Source of the DNA: Planctomycetia bacterium
GTDB lineage: Bacteria; Planctomycetota; Phycisphaerae; Phycisphaerales; SM1A02
Direction of reading: 5' to 3'
Assembly: GCA_005789005.1 (NCBI GenBank)
Contig: SYAD01000141.1
Location: forward strand, 1 to 56,792
DNA: 56,792 nucleotides
Part shown: in pieces, positions 54,427 to 56,792 of the stretch
Position numbering within the stretch: the first letter of the stretch is position 1
Layout of the letters: each line of letters starts with the position of its first letter
The notes under the pieces: generated by a model
Seen by the model: only the letters and a program-made list of their open reading frames with translations
What the model was told of the DNA's origin: nothing
Database searches by the model: none
Position numbers and translations under genes: made by a program

Positions 54427-55167
54427 ATGAAAAATATCCACAAGAGTCAAATTGCTTTCGTCATCGCGGGCTTGCTTGGTTTAAACGTCGCAGTTGGAAT
54501 TGCCGCGCAGAAATCTGATCAAGCGCAACCCACTCGCGCCAGCGCCAACACTTCGCCAGCCGCCGCGATTGCGTATTTGAATTTAAAAAATAGTGCCGGC
54601 GTTGCCACCAAAGAGGCGTACTTTGCAAAAAATCCAGCGGCGCGTGACACCAAGTTGGCGGGCCAGGCTCCGTATGTTGCCATTCTGAGTTGCGCGGACT
54701 CGCGCGTTCCAATGGAGGCGGTGGTTGAATCTGACTCCGGCTCGATGGCTAGTGATATTTTCTCAGTGCGCGTTGCGGGCAATGTGGTTGGTGATGACGC
54801 CATCGCATCACTTGAGTACGCGGTGAAATATCTCAACACACCGTTGCTGCTTGTGCTTGGACATGAACAATGCGGCGCCGTAAGCGCGACCATGGGTGAC
54901 TATGGAGTTGGCGGCGCGCTTCCACAGTTGCTTGGAAAGATTCGACCAGCCGTTCAAATGGGCACAAAAAATTGCGCTGGCTGCACACCAGATCAGTTGT
55001 TGGAAAAGTGCATTGAAGAGAACGTCCGCCTTGGCATGAATGAACTCATGAGCAAGAGCGAGAAAATTCGCACGCTTGTGGGCGAAGGCAAGATTGCGAT
55101 TGGATGCGGCGTGATCAATCTTGCGAACAATAAGATCAAATGGGTCGTTGCTCCAGCCGTTAAATAA
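54427..55167 (+). CDS. beta-class carbonic anhydrase with signal peptide
   Basis: CADSRVP and LGHEQCGAV zinc-ligand motifs. N-terminal hydrophobic signal IAFVIAGLLGLNVAVGIAA. Confidence 0.85.
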   Translation: MKNIHKSQIAFVIAGLLGLNVAVGIAAQKSDQAQPTRASANTSPAAAIAYLNLKNSAGVATKEAYFAKNPAARDTKLAGQAPYVAILSCADSRVPMEAVVESDSGSMASDIFSVRVAGNVVGDDAIASLEYAVKYLNTPLLLVLGHEQCGAVSATMGDYGVGGALPQLLGKIRPAVQMGTKNCAGCTPDQLLEKCIEENVRLGMNELMSKSEKIRTLVGEGKIAIGCGVINLANNKIKWVVAPAVK

Positions 55168-55185
55168 GTCAGTTACGATGGCATC

Positions 55186-56792
55186 ATGGCACTGGCGCAA
55201 ATAGCATCTTTGTTGATGGCTGGCTTGCTGTCACAGGCAACGGGGGGAACGAGTACAACCACCGCGCCCACCAACGCCCAGAGCAGTGGTGGCGTGACTA
55301 CCGGCACAACGCCCGCGCAATCAACGGGTTCAGATGGCTCGAATGCAGCGGCAAACAGCCAAATTCTGCGCGAGATGGAGGCGTTGCGAAAACAGAACGC
55401 CGCGCTTGCGCAGGATATGGAAGCCATGCGCAAGCAGAACAAGTCGCTTGAAGGCAGCGTTGCGGATTTGCAAGTTCAACAAAATGGAAAATGGCTTTCT
55501 GAAGAACGCGCCAAAGAGGTTCGTAATGTTGTGGAGGATGTTCTCAAGGACGCCGACTCGCGCACCTCTTTAACATACGCGGTTCCAACGGCCGGCTTTG
55601 GTGATCGCGGATTTTTTATCGCCAGCCCCGACGGCAACTTTAGATTGAATCTAAGCGGGCAATTACAAATTCGATACGCCGCAAATTTTCTAAGTAGCCG
55701 CGACTACAGCATCTTGAACGCCAACCCCGGCGCCGGAGTGAATCGCAATACCGCCGCCGCGCCATCGCCCAACAGTTACAACAAGAACACATATGGCTTT
55801 GAAATTCGCCGCATGAAGTTGGATTTCTTTGGCCATGTGATTGATCCATCTTGGCAGTACCGCTTGATTCTGATTTATAACCAGAATCAAAATGCGTCAG
55901 CGGTTCCAGGTGGCAATAACGCGGCTGGCAACGGTGGAAGCAGTAACGCCGGCATGGAAGAGGCCATGGTCATTAAAGACATGGGTGACGGATTTAAAAT
56001 AAGTGTCGGCCAATTTAAAAGTCCGTTTCTGCGCGAGGAAATTGTGAGTAGTCGCAGACAACTCGCTGTTGAGCGATCGCTTGTGGACCAAATGTTTTCC
56101 ACCAAATTCACTACTGGCGTCATGGGAACTTGGACGGGCGATCACCTGATGTTTGAAGCCATGTACAACGATGGCGGCAGCAACGCCAACACCGGCGCCA
56201 CCGCCGCGTTTAACAGTGAGTCTGTAGGCAGTCCGCAAAATTTAAATAACGGCGCCGGATTTACCCAGTGGGCCATTACCGCGCATGCGGGTTGGTTGGC
56301 GTACGGACATTGGAATGACTTCAACGACTTAAGCAGTTATCCGGGCGAAGGTGAAGGCTTGATGTTCAACGCATGGCTGAACATGCAGCGCGGCGGTGAG
56401 GGCGCAACTGCCGCAATCCAAGGCACCAACAATATTCCATTGAACGGAAATTCCGACGCAGAGTTTCTTACGTGGAGCGTGGACGCATCGTGGCACTTTG
56501 GCGGCGCGAATTTATTCAGCTACTTTGTCATGAACACCGCGTATGACATTCCGGCAACCACCACCAACAATATCTCCAGCATTAATAGTTACGGCGCGGT
56601 GGTGCAGGGCGGCTACTTCATCACCAACACCGTTGAATTGTTTGGCAGATGGGAATGGTTGAGCACGCAGAACAAGGGCGTGAATGACATTGGCAATGTT
56701 GGCAATGCAACAACGCCAACCGTGGCCAATGTATTTAACGCCGGCAGAACCAGCGCATATACCGCGGGCTTTAATTGGTTTATTCATGGCCG
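55186..56792 (+). CDS. phosphate-selective porin O/P (OprO/OprP-like) family outer-membrane protein; 3' end beyond the window
   Basis: Own translation: signal peptide MALAQIASLLMAGLLSQA, coiled coil (ILREMEALRKQNAALAQDMEAMRKQNKSLE), then FFIASPDGNFRLNLSGQLQIRY...FEIRRMKLDFFGH...GQFKSPFLREE...ERS, typical of the Porin_O_P family. Absent from the ORF track because it has no stop in the window. Confidence 0.75.
   Translation, partial: MALAQIASLLMAGLLSQATGGTSTTTAPTNAQSSGGVTTGTTPAQSTGSDGSNAAANSQILREMEALRKQNAALAQDMEAMRKQNKSLEGSVADLQVQQNGKWLSEERAKEVRNVVEDVLKDADSRTSLTYAVPTAGFGDRGFFIASPDGNFRLNLSGQLQIRYAANFLSSRDYSILNANPGAGVNRNTAAAPSPNSYNKNTYGFEIRRMKLDFFGHVIDPSWQYRLILIYNQNQNASAVPGGNNAAGNGGSSNAGMEEAMVIKDMGDGFKISVGQFKSPFLREEIVSSRRQLAVERSLVDQMFSTKFTTGVMGTWTGDHLMFEAMYNDGGSNANTGATAAFNSESVGSPQNLNNGAGFTQWAITAHAGWLAYGHWNDFNDLSSYPGEGEGLMFNAWLNMQRGGEGATAAIQGTNNIPLNGNSDAEFLTWSVDASWHFGGANLFSYFVMNTAYDIPATTTNNISSINSYGAVVQGGYFITNTVELFGRWEWLSTQNKGVNDIGNVGNATTPTVANVFNAGRTSAYTAGFNWFIHG

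Noticed and set aside
1-56792. Scan of all intergenic gaps for tRNA, rRNA, tmRNA or RNase P-like genes, and for transposase, integrase or phage genes
   Set aside because: No gap has the length and conserved boxes of a tRNA (GTTC.A..C T-loop with a matching acceptor stem) or any rRNA-like stretch. No ORF shows DDE, tyrosine- or serine-recombinase motifs.

Overview
Gene-dense 56.8-kb chromosomal window, about mid-50s % GC by eye. It has many 4-nt ATGA/GTGA/TTGA stop-start overlaps and frequent GTG/TTG starts. PEP-CTERM-type tails, dockerin-like modules and many prepilin-type genes suggest a PVC-like (Planctomycetota/Verrucomicrobiota-type) Gram-negative bacterium, but this is inference only.

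The first ~28 kb is mostly housekeeping: two enoyl-CoA hydratases, a histidine phosphatase, LemA plus an M48 peptidase, gmk, lpdA, a PAS hybrid histidine kinase, a metallophosphoesterase, yidC, mnmE, a thioesterase, a DUF721/DciA-like gene, an orphan ABC ATPase, tmk, yggS, gpmI, and an ndh-MFS-REC/GAF/HD-GYP operon. An AT-rich islet in this stretch encodes a secreted papain-like protein.

Positions 28.6-41.8 kb hold a complete-looking type IV filament / type II secretion-like machine in two divergent, translationally coupled operons. One runs pilM-N-O-P-like, gspE, gspF. The other has four (pseudo)pilins, a secretin and a TPR lipoprotein. A separately terminated major pseudopilin gene and a perfect 11-bp inverted repeat lie in the shared promoter region.

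Positions 41.9-48.1 kb carry two near-identical PEP-CTERM paralogues with conserved promoters. They bracket gldA, an NTF2-like gene, a serine hydrolase and an RCC1-repeat/dockerin-like protein.

Positions 48.1-54.4 kb are the most unusual part. They contain gene-fragment scars, a STAS-domain/APH-type kinase fusion, and a 1472-aa membrane-embedded NRPS-like enzyme. That enzyme has the A-T-(TM-C1)-(TM-C2)-(TM-C3) layout of epsilon-poly-lysine synthetase (Pls/PosA family) and is preceded by a triplicated 18-nt palindromic motif or long hairpin. I rate this, with the type IV filament / T2SS-like cluster second, as the best candidate for an uncharacterised system.

The window ends with a periplasmic beta-carbonic anhydrase and a partial OprO/P-type porin. 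I found no rRNA, tRNA, CRISPR array, transposase or integrase.
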